From assembly GCA_030390025.1 (NCBI GenBank), contig CM059431.1, forward strand, positions 100,318,001 through 100,382,000: a DNA stretch of 64,000 nt. The letters are read 5' to 3'. Within the stretch, counting starts at the first letter, position 1. The number at the start of each line of letters is the position of its first letter. Of this stretch, positions 24,121 through 38,052 are shown one piece after another. A model generated the notes under the pieces. That model did not search any database and was not told the DNA's origin. It was given only the letters and a program-made list of their open reading frames with translations. The stretch comes from Squalus acanthias. Taxonomy: Eukaryota. The position numbers and the translations under genes are program-made.

Positions 24121-24509
24121 ATACAAAACAAAGGAACATAATCCTTCAGTCAGTGATGGTGATACTGCATATTTATTCTAAAACGCTCATCCACAAAGTT
24201 TGATGTCTCGTAAGTTACTGTGTTTACAAAGGTGAGAGATAATTGCTTGCTCCAGACACCCATTACAATTCAAACAAAATGATTCACAGCACACCAGTCC
24301 ATACTAAATCAGGAGCTTTTCTCCGCTTTCATTGAAGCCGCCTTGCTCAGCTGTACGATTCTAACTGTGCGCCTAGTTTGCAACAAAAGCACGCGTGTGA
24401 ATATTTCCAGATGGCCTGTGAACCCTGAGGAAAAGGTCTAAAGGGAGTTAACACGGGCACTCAGTGTGGCATCTCGCAGTTAAGCTGCTGTCGCAGGCCT
24501 GTATAATTC

Positions 24510-25175
24510 TCCAGCCCCACAACTCCTCCGAGATCTCTGCGCTCCTCCAATTCTGGCCTCTTGTGCATCCCCCGATTTCCATCGCTCCACCATTGGCGGC
24601 CGCGCCTTCAGCTGCCTGGGCCCCGACCTCTGGAATTCCCTCCCTAAACCTCTCCGCCTCTCTCTCCTCCTTTACGAAGCTTTTGGTAACCTGTCCTAAT
24701 ATGTGGCTCGGTGTCAAATTTTGTTTGATAATCGCTCCTGTGAAGCACCTTGGGAGGTTTTACTACATTAAAGGCGCTATATAAATGCAAGTTGTTGAGG
24801 TAGAGTGTTCACATCTAAACAACAACCTGCATTTATATAGCGCCATTAACATAGTAAAACATCCAGAGGCACGTCACAGGAGCGGTTATCAAACAAAATT
24901 TGACACCGAGCCACATATTAGGACAGGTGACCAAAAGCTTCGTAAAGGAGGAGAGAGAGGCGGAGAGGTTTAGGGAGGGAATTCCAGAGCTTAGGGCCTA
25001 GGCAGCTGAAGGCACGGCTGCCAGTGGTGGAGCGATTAAAGTCGGGGGATGCGCAAGAGGCCAGAATTGGAGGAGCGCAGAGATCTCGGGGGAATTGTAG
25101 GGCTGGAGGAGCTTACAGAGATAGGGAGGGGGCGGAGGCCATGGAGGGATTTGAAAACCAGGATGGCAAATTTTA
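24510..25175. mobile_element. Two tail-to-tail L2 LINE 3' ends (24510-24800 +, 24817-25175 -)
   Basis: GGRAFSCLGP...WNSLP coding and tail TTAAAGGCGCTATATAAATGCAAGTTGTTG. Confidence 0.8.
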
Positions 25176-25411
25176 AGTGGAATTTTCATGTACACACAAG
25201 AATGTCTGTGGTAATCTGGAGTGCCGTGTATTAAAAGCAGTCCTGAATTGACCTCAGGGTGAAATTTGCAATGTGAATTCCAAGCACCAGAACTGTACCA
25301 CTGCAAACCTCTCACTGCCCTTTTCCCTCCCAATACTAACAACTGTGGGTTTCTAGTTGGTGTAACTGTGTTTTCAGTGCAGTGCATCTCTACACACAAC
25401 CAACAAATTGA

Positions 25412-26362
25412 TGCAGCATTCTGAAGGGACCACTCCCTCCGCGACACCCTGGTCCACTCCTCTACCACCCTCAACACCCCTTCCCCTTCGCCCGACACCT
25501 TCCCATGCAAGCGCAGGAGATGCAACACATGCCCTTATACCTCCCCCCCCTTCCCACTGTCCAGGGCCCCAAACACCCCTTCCAGGTGAAACAGCGATTT
25601 ACTTGTACTTCTTGCAATTTAGTATACTGTATTCGCTGCTCACGATGCGGTCTCCTCTACATTGGGGAGACCAAACGCAGATTGGGTGACCGCTTTGCGG
25701 AACACCTCCGCTCAGTCCGTTAGGGGGATCCCGAGTTTCCGGTCGCCTGTCACTTTAATTCACCGCTCCATTCCCACTCAGACCTCACCGTCCTCGGCCT
25801 CTTGCATTGTTCCACTGAAGCTCAGCGGAAGCTCGAGAAACAGCACCTCATCTTTCGATTAGGCACTTTACAGCCTTCTGGACTCAACATAGAGTTCAAC
25901 AATTTCAGATCATAACCTTGGCCCCTATCATATATGTATTTTTTATCCACACCTTTTGTTTGTGTCTTTTCTTCTCTCCCACATGGCAGCCGTCTTTCAT
26001 TCTGCCAGCGCAATTCACACTTCATCTAGAACCATCCTTTGTTTCTTAACCTGTCCCATTACCATCTCCTTTTGCCTTGAATATCTCTTAATGTCTCTTA
26101 ATGTCTCTTAACCTCTCCTGCCTTTTATCCTATCACAGACCTTCCCTTTTGTTCTTTCATCTCCTCCCCCCGCCTTTCCCAGCCCCTGCACTTGCTTAAA
26201 AATCTGTTCCATTTCCTGCTTTTTTCCAGTTCTGACGAAAGGTCATCGACCTGAAACGTGAACTCTGTTTCTCTCTTCACAGATGCTGCCTGGCCTGCTG
26301 AGTATCTCCAGCATTTTCTGTTTTTATTTTAGATTTCCAGCATCTGCAGTATTTTCTTTTTG
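25412..26362 (+). mobile_element. Penelope-like element 3' part: GIY-YIG endonuclease and terminal region with hammerhead motif
   Basis: FQVKQRFTCTSCNLVYCIRCSRCGLLYIGETKRRLGDRFAEHLRSVR; downstream AGTT-CTGACGA-AAGGTCATCGACCT-GAAACG at ~26228-26264. Confidence 0.85.
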
Positions 26363-27944
26363 TACAGATAATTGATTCAGGATCTGTTTCCCCGTCTTTA
26401 TTAGAGCCTGTTACCCAGTGCAGCTGTCTGACCCACATGCAAGAGACAGTGGCCTCGAAATCCGTCTCGTCCACTGCAGTCAGCGGAACTGAGTACCAGG
26501 CGTTGCGTGGAACCAGCCGCCAATCCGATCGCGCCCATTTTGCCCCACGGCCCGAGACGAATTTCTAGGCCGCAGTACGTCGCACAAATACAACTCATTT
26601 CTTCCAGGTGCACACAAATAACCAAGCACCAGATCCCTCCGCCAAAAATATTACCGGATGTGAATTAGTGCTAAGGCAGAATCTTCTTTATCCTTGATAT
26701 TTTCTAAAATGAGCGGCACATTAATATTCAGCAAGCAGCTTCAACTGCAACCTAGATTATCTGGTGGGGGGGGTCTGGAACTCACTGCCTGAAAGGGTGG
26801 TCGAGGCAGAGACCCTCATCACATTTAAAAAGTGCTTGAATATGCACTTGAAGTGCCGTAACCTACAGGGCTACGGACCGAGAGCTGGAAAGTGGGATTA
26901 GGCTGGAGAGCTCTTTGTCGGCCGGCACGGACACGATGGGCAGAATGGCCTCCTTCTGTGCCGTAAATTTCTATGATTCTATGATTCTATGAACAACAGC
27001 TGTCTGTATTTATATAGCGCCTTTACTGTAGTAAAACATCCCAAAGGTGCTTCACAGGAGCGTTATCAAAACAAAATTTAATACCCTTACAAGAAGTACC
27101 GAGCAGAATGATTAAAGCACACTTTAAAACAGAGCTCGGTTATTTACACTGGAGGAGCTGAGGAAGGCCAACAGCATATTGACAAGAGAACATCCTGGAG
27201 GTACGGTGCATATTAATTCATGTCAAGTCAAGACCTTTCCCAGCACTGATCATAACTGAGTCTACTCTCATGCAGCTCCGTAGCAGCAGTTTCTCAGGCA
27301 AGAGAAGTGAACTGACTCACTTCCCTTAGGTGACCAGGAGTTTCACTTTCATCATCGAGACTTAGCAAGGAGATAGTGGCAGCATCTCGAGAGGGCAGTA
27401 CGCGGGAGAGGATTAAAACAAGCTGTGAGACAGCGCTTGACAAAAGCTTTTCTCAAAGTGAGGGCGCTGCAAATAGAACCAGGATACCACTAATTATCAA
27501 AACCCTGTCGAGCAACTATATTTGATACGGCCTTTGATGAGCGGGTTTTCATGTCATCCATCGCCGACTGAACTGGAAGAAACATCTTCAGAATGTGCCC
27601 AGATTTGAGTTGCTTGGAATGCTTACAGCAGAATGGTAAACGCATAAATCTTTTACAGCGAGCTTTATTGTAAAACTGTGACACAGCTAGATTTAGAGTT
27701 TCATAGCGTGTGCTGCCCTCGCTCTGATCAATGACACTGGGATCCTGACTCCTGCATCCCTGTTGGATGCTGAAAAATCTACTTGACATAAATAATTTGC
27801 TACAGATGCGCGGAACTGTCAATATTCTGCTTTGTGATGAATCACATTTCCCTAGCTAAACTAAAGCCGGAGAGAAAGAGGCCGTGCTTCCCTATTCCTA
27901 CTTAAATTAGTGTCAGGTGTCCACTGTGACTCAGTGGGTAGCAG

Positions 27945-28575
27945 TCTCCGCCCCTGCCTCAGCTCATCCGCTGCTGAAACCCTCGTCCATGCCTTTGTTA
28001 CCTCCAGACTCGACTATTCCAATGCTATCCTGGCCGGCCTCCCACCTTCCACCCTCTGTAAACTTCAGCTCATCCACAACTCTGCTGCCCCGTGTCCTAA
28101 CTCGCACCGAGTCCCGTTCACCCATCACCCCCTGTGCTCGTTGACCTACATTGGCTCCCGGTCCGGCAACGTCTCCATTTTAAAATTCTCATCCTTGTTT
28201 TCAAATCCCTCCATGGCCTCGCCCCCTCCCTATCTCTGTAATCTCCTCCAGCCCTACAACCCCCGAGATCTCTGCGCTGCTCTCTGGCCTCTTGAGAATC
28301 CCCGGTTTCCATCGCCCCACCATTGGCGGCCGTGCCTTCAGCTGCCGAGGCCCTAAGCTCTGGAATTCCCTCCTTAAACCACTCCGCCTCTCTACCTCTC
28401 TTTCCTCCTTTAAACCGCTCCTTAAAAAATACCTCTTTGACCAAGCTTTTGGTCATCTGCCCTAATATCTCCTTATGTGGCTTGGTGTCAAATTTCTTTT
28501 GATAATGCTCCTGTGTTGGGACGCCTTCCTACATTAAAGGTGCTATATAAATACAAGTTGTTGGTATTGTTGTTG
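27945..28575 (+). mobile_element. L2 LINE 3' fragment
   Basis: LRPCLSSSAAETLVHAFVTSRLDYSNAILAGLP...; L2 tail. Confidence 0.85.
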
Positions 28576-28576
28576 T

Positions 28577-29725
28577 AGGTTGTGGGTTCAAGTCCCACTC
28601 CAGACACTTGAGTCCATGATACTTTCTGACACTCCAGTGCAGTACTGAGGGAGCGCCGCACTGTCGGAGGGGAAGTACTGAGGGAGTGCTGCACTGTCGG
28701 AGGGGCAGTACTGAGGGAGCGCCGCACTGTCGGAGGGGAAGTACTGAGGGAGCTCTGCACTGTTGGAGGGGAAGTACTGAGGGAGCGCCGCACTGTCGGA
28801 GGGGCAGTACTGAGGGAGTGCTGCACTGTCGGAGGGGCAGTACTGAGGGAGCGCCGCACTGTCGGAGGGGAAGTACTGAGGGAGTGCTGCACTGTCGGAG
28901 GGGAAGTACTGAGGGAGTGCTGCACTGTCGGAGGGTCAGTACTGAGGGAGCGCCGCACTGTCGGAGGGGAAGTACTGAGGGAGTGCTGCACTGTCGGAGG
29001 GGCAGTACTGAGGGAGCGCCGCACTGTTAGAGGGGCAGTACTGAGGGAGCGCCACACTGTTGGAGGGGCAGTACGGAGGGAGCGCCGCACTGTCGGAGGG
29101 GTAGTACTGAGGGAGCGCTGCACTGTCAGAGGGGCAGTACTGAGGGAGCGCCGCACTGTCGGAGGGGCAGTACTGAGGGAGTGCCGCACTGTCGAAGGGG
29201 CAGTACTGAGGGAGCGCTGCACTGTTGGAGGGGCAGTACTGAGGGAGCGCTGCACTGTCGGAGGGGCAGTACTGAGGGAGTGCCGCACTGTCGGAGGGGC
29301 AGTACTGAGGGAGCGCTGCACTGTCGGAGGGGCAGTACTGAGGGAGCGCTGCACTGTTGGAGGGGCAGTACTGAGGGAGCGCTGCACTGTTGGAGGTGCC
29401 ATCTTTCATGTAATAATCGGAGATAATAAACATCATGTGAGACGTTAAACCGAGGCCCCGTCTGCTCTCTCAGGTGGACGTAAAAGATCCCGCGGCACTA
29501 TTTCGAAGAAGAGCAGGGGGGGAGTTCTCCCCGGTGTCCTGTGGCCAATATTTATCCCTCAACCAACATAAAAAAAAATAGATTATCTGGTCATTATCAC
29601 ATTGCCGTTTCTTACATTACGACAGTGACTCCACTTCAAATAGTTCTTCATTGGCTGTGAAGCGCTTTGAGACGTCCAGTGGTCGTGAAAGGCGCTGGAG
29701 AAATGCAGGTCTTTCTTTTCTTTTC
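28577..29725 (+). mobile_element. Deu-SINE with ~23-unit 33-bp array (28636-29398)
   Basis: B-box head, array with private GGGGAAGTACT variant, Deu core and tail. Confidence 0.85.
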
Positions 29726-29783
29726 TCTCTCCCTCCATCTTATGTATCAACAAAGATGTGAGTCACGACAAGCGATGAATATT

Positions 29784-30526
29784 GGCCCAGAAATTGATCT
29801 CGCACTGTTCCCGCGGGGGTAAGGCTTTCCCGCGATCTCTCACCTCGCTTGTGCTTTTTCAGATCCAGCTCGCACGAACTTCATGTTCTAGAGATCAGCT
29901 GGGCAGTGCTTGCGTATCCCAGCGGCGTAGTGAATTCGTGCGAGCTGTGGGATCACGTGACTCAGTTAGAGCCAATGGCAGCACACCATCTTCCATTCAT
30001 AAGTTTCACAGCACGGCTGTGAAATCTATGAATCTTACACCCCCCAAAATAACAGCTAAACCTCAATTAAATTTTTTTTAAAAACCATCACATTAATAAA
30101 ATAAGTATAGTTAATTAAATTAACCATTTTAAATAAAAAATTAAATTTTTGAAAAAATTTAAAATCTTTTAAAAAGTTATAAAAATAAACTTACCTGTCT
30201 TTAAAGTCTCTAAAAAAGATATACCTGTTAAAAAAAATTCAAAAAAATACTTAATTCACTACTTACCTTCTTAAAAGTGGGTCTTACTCCTCCTTTTTAC
30301 ATTTCCAAAATCTTCCGTACTTACCTGCGCGTCCAAAGCATGAAGTGCACAGCGTGCGCGCAGCCTGTAGCGCGCACGCGATGCACCGAGGACCCGCCCC
30401 CTTTTCAGAAGAGCAATTGCCGGTTTTCAGCGCATGCGCAGGGCATGCAGAAAACCGGCAATTGGAGTGGGAATACGCGAGAGTACGCAGTGCGTACTCT
30501 CGCGTCCCGGGATCAATTTTCGGCCC
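29784..30526. mobile_element. ~750-bp TIR element (Harbinger/PHIS-like MITE), ATT TSD, copy 1
   Basis: ATT|GGCCCAGAAATTGATC ... GATCAATTTTCGGCCC|ATT; AT-rich core, GC-rich arms. Confidence 0.75.
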
Positions 30527-30759
30527 ATTAAATCCACACTGTTCAATCTAAATGCCAGTGAAATTTTAAATAAAAAGAAATCTGTCAGAGACTCAGAAAT
30601 AGCTGTTTGAATCCACATTTCATTGGCCCTCTGAGTACCATGAACTCAGATTGCTCTCAGTGTAACTTTCATTGTTGAAATCATTAAATGCCGAAGCCTT
30701 GGCTCTCTGCTGCTGATTCTCTCTGACATCTCTTAATAAGAAACCAAACCCTGAACAAG

Positions 30760-31200
30760 AAAAAAGAAAGAAAGACTTGCATTTCTATAGCGCCTTTCAC
30801 GACCACCGGATGTCTCAAAGCGCTTTACAGCCAATGAAGTACTATTTGAAGTGTAGTCACTGTTGTAATGTAGGAAACGCGGCAGCCAATTTGCGCACAG
30901 CAAGCTCCCACAAACAGCAATGTGATAATGACCAGATAATCGTTTTTTGTTGGTTGAGGGATAAATATTGACCAGGAAATCGTCTTCAAAATAGCACCAT
31001 GGAATCTTTTGCGTCCACCTGAGAGGACCTCGGTTTAACATCTGTATCCAAAAGACGGCACCTCTGACAGTGCAGCACTCCCTCAGCACTGCACTGAGAG
31101 TGTCAGACTAGCTTTATGTGCTCAAGTCTCTGGAGTGGGATTTGAACTCACAAACTTCTGACTCAGAGGCGAGAGTGCTACACACTGAGCCACAGCTGAC
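30760..31200 (-). mobile_element. Full-length Deu-SINE, single unit
   Basis: Reverse-complement head, core and tail. Confidence 0.9.
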
Positions 31201-31314
31201 ACCTACTCACGTACCACCAGAGTAAGTGTGAATTTCACCACCTCCCTCCCAAGCTCACATAATTATTCAGTGCTCCCTGGTAACTGATTTAACCTGTCAG
31301 CACATTATACATCA

Positions 31315-31632
31315 AATCGTACAGCACAGAAGGAGGCCATTCGGCCCATCGTGCCTGTGCCGGCTCTTTGAAAGAGCTCTCCAATTAGTCCCACTCCCCC
31401 TGCTCTTTCCCCCAGAGCCCTGCAAATTTTTTCCTTTTCAAGTATTTATCCAATTCCCTTTTGAAAGTTACTATTGAATCTGCTTCCACCGCCCTTTCAG
31501 GCAGCGCATTCCAGATCACAACAACTCGCTGCGTAAAAACAATATTCTCCTCATCTCCCCCTCTGGTTCTTTTGTCAATTAACTTAAATCTGTGTCCTCT
31601 GGTTACCGACCCTCCCGCCAGCGGAAACAGTT
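31315..31632 (-). mobile_element. CR1 3' fragment
   Basis: LFPLAGGSVTRGHRFKLI...WNALPERAVEADSI. Confidence 0.85.
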
Positions 31633-32163
31633 TGTGTTTACTTTGGCACGGTGCACTGATGGCCAATCAAAGCAGTTTTTTTTGTTTAATTATGCCTGTG
31701 CAAAGAGAGAATGCCTGGCAGCAAATGCCGTCTCAGCTGTTGCTACTGTTTCAGAATGGAATGGTGCCGGGAGTGGATAGATACTGATTAAAATCAAATA
31801 CAAAGTCTTAGCCTGACTAATCTGGAGTGAATCTCTACTTGGAAGTGAAGACTGTAAAAATAAAACCATTTCTTCAAAGAATCAAAAACGTTGCTGGTAA
31901 TTTGCAAAATTAGCAGAACGCGTTTCCATTCTTTCCTTGGATTTTGGATTCTGCATTCAACACAATACCATCGAGAAACAGAAAATAGGGATCACGTATA
32001 GCTAGCTACCTTAGAAGCCTGTTGGGAGAGTAAGCTGTAAGATTATAGTCAATTTACTTATTAATTTGTCTATTAACACTTATTTTATTTATACACATAT
32101 GTATGCATGCAGTTACTAATTTGTTTGTTAACACTTATACTCACACACACATATATATATATT

Positions 32164-32926
32164 AGCCCAGAAATTTGACTCGGAGGCTTGCCGCGGGGGT
32201 AAGGATCGCGCGCGATATCACACACCGCGCCGGCCGTTGTGTTTTGGGTCCACGGGAACTTCGGGTCCTGGGCCTCTCCCTAGTGCCGGCGCGCAGTGTG
32301 TGCGTGTCCCAGGGGCGCAGTTAGTGCGATGCGACCTCTGGGATCACGTGGGCCATGGAGAGCCAATGGCAGCACACCATCTTTCATTCATAGATTTGAC
32401 AGGAGACCTGTCAAATCTGTGAATTGAAAGAGACCCCAAAAGAACAGCTAAACCTCAAATAATTTTTTTTAAAACCATCACATTAATAAAATAACTATAG
32501 TTAAATAAATTAACCACTTTAAACAAAAATTTAAATTTTTGAAAAAATTAAAAAAAAATTTAAAAGTTATAAAAATAAACTTACCTTTCTTTAAAGTCTC
32601 TAAAAAAGATAAAACTGTTGAAAAAAATAAAAAATTATACTTAATTAATTACTTACCTTGTTAAAAGGGGGTCTTACGCCTCCTTTTTTCTTGTGTAAAA
32701 TCTTCCATACTTACCCTCGCGTTGAAACCTGAAAAAAAACCTAAGTGTGCTGCGTGCGCACAGCCTGTAGTGCGCACGCGGTTCACCTAGGAACCGCCCC
32801 CTTCGCAATATCGCAAGTGCCGGTTTCCCGCGCATGCGCAGTGCATGCAGGAAACCAGCACTTTGGGAACGAATACGGGTGAGTACGCAGCGGGTACTCT
32901 CCCGTATTTGGCCGAATTTTTGGGCC
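32164..32926. mobile_element. ATT-TSD TIR element, copy 2
   Basis: ATT|AGCCCAGAAATT ... AATTTTTGGGCC|ATT; aligns along its length with copies 1 and 3. Confidence 0.75.
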
Positions 32927-33704
32927 ATTATTAGTACTAGCTTACATAACCAGCTTAGCGAAAAGATGGATGGGAAAAGCACTCATCAGCTTGAGATTCG
33001 AGTCGACTGTAGCTGAACAAGACCCGGTGAAAAAACATGAAGTGACAGACCTTGAAAAGGCAGGAGTTTAATAACTTGGGGAAAGCAAGGCGAGGCTGCA
33101 GCTGGAATCTATGCAACCATAGAAACCAGACTGATAAGGGAGGTGCACTAGACAGATCAGAAGGGGCCACAATAAAATCTCTTGAAATAGGTGCTTTTTC
33201 AATGGAAAGTAACTGAAGGGCAGGGACGGTGTGGGACCAGAGGAGAAGAGAGAGGTCCTATCAGGGGAGAAAGGGAAGTCGCGTGATAGATCCGAGGGAA
33301 GTTCCGTGGGTTTGAATTGAAAGAGATGGTGTAAGAACGAGCAGGGGCTAAGTGTAGAAGTTAACAGCGGAGGATTCAAGTAACTCTAGGGGAGACTCAG
33401 AGGCTAAGGGGCCATGAGGCATGGCTAGAGAGGGGTGTTGATAACTCTGACCGCGACTTTTACCCAAGGCGCAAAGGGAGGTAGTATGACTCTTAATTAT
33501 ACCTTGTAAACTGCTGCTTAAGATACAGTAATTGTGTTGATCCTTGCTTGTGCAGAATAAACTTTTAATCACAGCCGCCAATACGGGTCAATGTCGAATC
33601 ACTTGGAATCCAAGATCTCACAAAGAGAATCTTACAAAGTATACGTGTGATTTCTTCCAGTTAGAAAGGTGTCCTGTTAATGGTACATGGGAGTGCTCTC
33701 CTGA

Positions 33705-34625
33705 ATATAAGAACATAAGAAATAGGAGCAGGAGTCGGCCATTCGGCCCCTCGAGCCTGCTCCGCCATTCAATGAGATCATGGCTGATCTTCTACCTCAT
33801 CTCCACTTTCCTGCACTATCACCATATCCCTTGATTCCCTTAATATTCAAAAATCTATCGATCTATGTCTTGAATATACTCAACGATTGAGCCTCCACAG
33901 CCCTCTGGGGTAGAGAATTCCAAAGATTCACCACCCTCTGAGTGAAGAAATTTCTCCTAATTTCAGTCCTAAATGGCCGACCTCTTATTCTGAGACTGTG
34001 ACCCCTGGTTCTAGACTCTCCAGCCAGGGGAAACATCCTCCCTGCATCTACCCTGTCAAGCCCTGTAAGAATTTTGTATGTTTCAGTGAGATCACCTCTC
34101 ATTCTTCTAAACTCCAGAGAATATAGGCCTAGTCTACTCAATCTGTCCTCATAGGACAATCCCCCCATCCCAGGAATCAGTCTGGTGAACCTTCATTGCA
34201 CTCCCTCAATGGCAAGTATATCCTTCCTTAGGTAAGGAGACCAAAACTTTACACAATACTCCAGATGTGGTCTCACCAGGGCCCTATAAATTGCAGTAAG
34301 ACGTCTTTACTCTTATACTCAAATCCTCTTGTAATAAAGGCCAACATACCATTTGCTTTCCTAATTGCTTGCTGTACCTGCATGTTAACTTTCAGCGATT
34401 CGTGTACAAGGACACTCAGGTCCCTCTGAACACCAACATATCACAATCTCTCACCATTTAAAGAATACTCTGCTTTTCTATTTTTCCTACCAAAGTGGAT
34501 AGCTTCACATTTCTCCACATTATATTCCATTTGCCATGTTCTTGCCCACTCACTTAGCCTGTCTATATCCCCTTGAAGCCGCCTTGCATCCTCCTCACAA
34601 CTTACATTCTAACCTAGCTTTGTAG
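33705..34625 (-). mobile_element. CR1-type LINE fragment
   Basis: MGGLSYEDRLSRLGLYSLEFRRMRGDL...; extends upstream into the RT region. Confidence 0.9.
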
Positions 34626-34972
34626 GTGATTCTACCCTCCTGTAGAATTTCTTGGTCTAATGAACGAGCTTTGTTACACTTCAAAAATTTATTTCGGCGA
34701 TGTCTAAATGTATCAAATAATTACCAGGCGTTCATGGAAATATTTTTGCTCTATCCAAATCATTCTGCTGCAATAACACTGCCTGAAATCTACTGTCGAG
34801 GTCACAGTTACCGATTCTTACAGGAATTAGCAATCTTTTCTCTTGGATGAAGGAAAATTCAAATAAATTATTCAATAACTGTCTGCACAGCATGGATGAA
34901 ATTCAGGAATGCACAGTTGTATTTTGCCAAAGTGGTCTATTTTGTTTTATCAATAAACTGAAAGGGTGAATA

Positions 34973-35441
34973 GAAAGAAAGACTTGTATTTCTATAGCGC
35001 ATTTTCACGACCTCAGGACGTCCCAAAGCGCTTTACAGCCAATGAAGCACTTTTTGGAGTGTAGTTACTGTTGTAATGTGGGAAACGCGGCAGCCAATTT
35101 GCGCACAGCAAGCTCCCACAAACAGCAATGTGATAATGTCCAGATAATCTGTTCTAGTGATGTTGATTGAGGGATAAATATTGGCCCCAGGACACTGGGG
35201 AGAACTCCCCTGCTCTTCTTCGAAATAGTGCCCTGGGATCTTTTACGTCCACCTGAGAGGGCAGACGGGGCCTCGGTTTAACGTCTCATCCGAAAGACGG
35301 CACCTCCAACAGTGCAGCACTCCCTCAGTGCAACACTGGGAGTGTCAGCCTAGATTATGGGCCCAAATCTCTGGAGTGGGACTATGAACCCACAACCTTC
35401 TGACTCAGAGGCGAGAGTGCGACCCACTGAGCCAGGGCTGA
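34973..35441 (-). mobile_element. Full-length Deu-SINE, single unit
   Basis: Reverse-complement head, Deu core and tail. Confidence 0.9.
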
Positions 35442-36324
35442 GCAACAAGCAACATGTACACTGTAGACAATGTTCCCTCTATATTTTCTTTGTACTGGGC
35501 GGGTGACAAACTCCTCTGAGCGCGGCTTTTTTGTCAATGAGAATTTACATTTACTTCGCGGTTATCAGCTGACGAAGTTGTGGGCGGCCTGTTTTATTTC
35601 AATGCGCGGTACGTTCCCGATTGCCGCGCACACTCGCACCTTAGGGGGAACATTGGCTGGAGACACAAACAGGTGTCTGGAGGCGCTGATATTTTTCATG
35701 CTTAAAATTTAACTCACCCTCAGCCCAGGTCAGAACTTGGGTTCCATCAGCTTTTAAATAATGCGGGATGTAAAAGTTTTATTCTAAAGCTTTTAATAAG
35801 GATGTCTTTTTAACCAAAAGGACAGTTTCCAGGCTCTGAATTGCTGTCCCTGCACACGTTAGAGGTCAGCAGAGCGTTACGGGACATTTTATATGATTGT
35901 TTTCCATGATATTCAGGATTTGCGAATTCTTTGTATTTCAGTGGGTTACCTCAGTGTGTCCATGAGCTGAACAGCTGAGGCAGATGTAAATGACTTTCAG
36001 CAATCATTTACATAGAATTACACAGAGTCTACAGCACAGAAACAGGCCATTCGGCCCAACTGGTCCGTGCCGGTGTTTCTGCTCCACACCAGCCTCCTCC
36101 CACCCCTCTTCATCTCACCCTATCAGCATATCCTTCTATTCCTTTCTCCCTCGTGCACTTAAACTGCAATATTCTTGCCCTGGGACAACAACAACAATAA
36201 CCTGCGTTTATACAGCACCTTTAACGTAGTAAAACGTCCCAAGGCACTGCACAGGAGCGATTATCAAACAGAAAATTGACACCGAGCCACATAAAGAGAT
36301 ATTAGGACAAGTGACCAAAAAGAG

Positions 36325-36912
36325 GCATGTTCGAACCTTGGTTAGACCACACTTGGAGTACTGCGTACACTTCTGGTCGCCATATTATAAAAAGGATATA
36401 GAGGCACTGGAGAGGGTGCAGAGAAGATTTACAAGAATGATACCAGAAATGTGAGGTTATACCTATCAGGAAAGGATGAACAGGCTGGGTCTCTTTTCTC
36501 TAGAAAAGAGAAGGTTGAGGGGTGACCGAATAGAGGTCTATAAAATTATGAAAGGTTTTGATAGAGTGGATACAGAGAGAATGTTTCCACTTGTGGGGAA
36601 GAGCATAACTAGAGGCCATCAATATAAGATAGTCACCAAGAAATCCAATAGGGAATTCAGGAGAAACTTCTTTACCCAGAGAGTGGTGAGAATGTGGAAC
36701 TCGCTACCACAGGGAGTGGTTGAAGCGAATAGTATCGATGCATTTAAGGGGAGGCTGGACAAGCATATGAGGGAGAAGTGAATAGAGGGTTATGCTGATA
36801 GAGTTAGATGAGGAAAGACGGGAGGAGGCTCGAGTGGAGCATAAACACCGGCCTGGACTGGTTGGGCCAAATGGCCTGTTTCTGTGCCGTATATCCCATG
36901 TAATCCTGTGTA
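36325..36912 (+). mobile_element. CR1 3' fragment inserted within an L2 tail
   Basis: MNRLGLFSLEKRRLRGD...; L2 (-) sequence on both sides (36185-36320, 36915-37210). Confidence 0.85.
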
Positions 36913-38015
36913 ATTTAAGAAGCGTCTTAAAGGAGGAGTGAGAGGCTTAGGGAGGGAATTCCGGAGCTTGGGGGCCAAGTAGACTAAAGGCCGATGGTGG
37001 GGCAATGGAAAACAGGGAAACGCAAGAGGCCAAAATTGGAGGAGCGCAGAGGTCTCGGGGGGTTGTGGGGCTGGAGGTGGTTCCAGAGATAGGGAAGGGG
37101 GAGGCTGTGGAGGGATTTGAAAACATTTTGAATTGGATTGAGAATTTTAAAATCGAGGCGTTGCCCGACCGGGAGCCAATGTAGGTCAGCGAGCACCGGG
37201 GGGTGAGCGGGACTTCCCTTCCTGATTCTGATTCAATGACTTTCCTTTTGTACTTCATTTGTTTCTATGGCAACAGTTTGAACTGGCTGTGCTCAAATTC
37301 AAATCCACGTCACGAGCAAGGTGGAAAGATAATTCCGTTATTTTTAAGAGTTAGCTTTTACTTACTTGACATTTTGAATTGGTGCCTCTGAATCCTCTGT
37401 CATTTCCACTGAAATCAGTTCCTGCGAGTATTTTGTCCAGAAATACCCTTCCCTACAACAAAGCCCGTCGGCATTTTGGAGAAAGTCCACCCAGATTATG
37501 AAGTAACTGTTCCTTCAAATATTCTGCTAAACAGCATAATTGAAGAGAGTATTAATTATTCTGTAAAATAAAAAAAGCGACTGTTAATCTCAGAGTCGTC
37601 ACTTCTAAATTGATTCACAGCTCGTATATTGAATGGTTTGCAATGAGACAGATAAGAGAACTGAACCATGCATGGAAATTGCTTTATTTTTTAATTTGAA
37701 AGCGGATTAAAAGGCAATTTAAAAACACAATTATGTTGAGGCCACATCACTCGCAGTGTTCTATTTTTAAATTGGTCCTTATACAACTCACAGTGCAATA
37801 CTAGAGCAACGACTTGCATTCGCACAGCGTCTAAAATGTAGTAAAACGCCCCGCGGTGCTTCAGGGGAGCGATGATCAAACTAAATTTGACACGAGCCAC
37901 ACAAGGAGATATTAGGACCAAAAGAAAATACCGCGGATGCTGGAAATCTGAAATAAAAACAGAAAATGCTGGAGACACTCAGCAGGTCAGGCAGCATCTG
38001 TGAAGAGAGAAACAG

Positions 38016-38052
38016 AGTTAACGTTTCAGGTCGATGACCCTTCATCAGAACT
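38016..38052 (-). ncRNA. Minimal type I hammerhead ribozyme motif (family A) in a ~133-bp Penelope-terminus insertion (37921-38053)
   Basis: AGTT CTGATGA A GGGTC ATC GACCT GAAA C G T T AACT: intact core, stem I AGTT/AACT, stem II; insertion flanked by AGATATTAGGAC direct repeats. Confidence 0.7.

Noticed and set aside
27490..27822. 110-aa minus-strand ORF in unique sequence
   Set aside because: No recognisable homology; length is within chance expectation.
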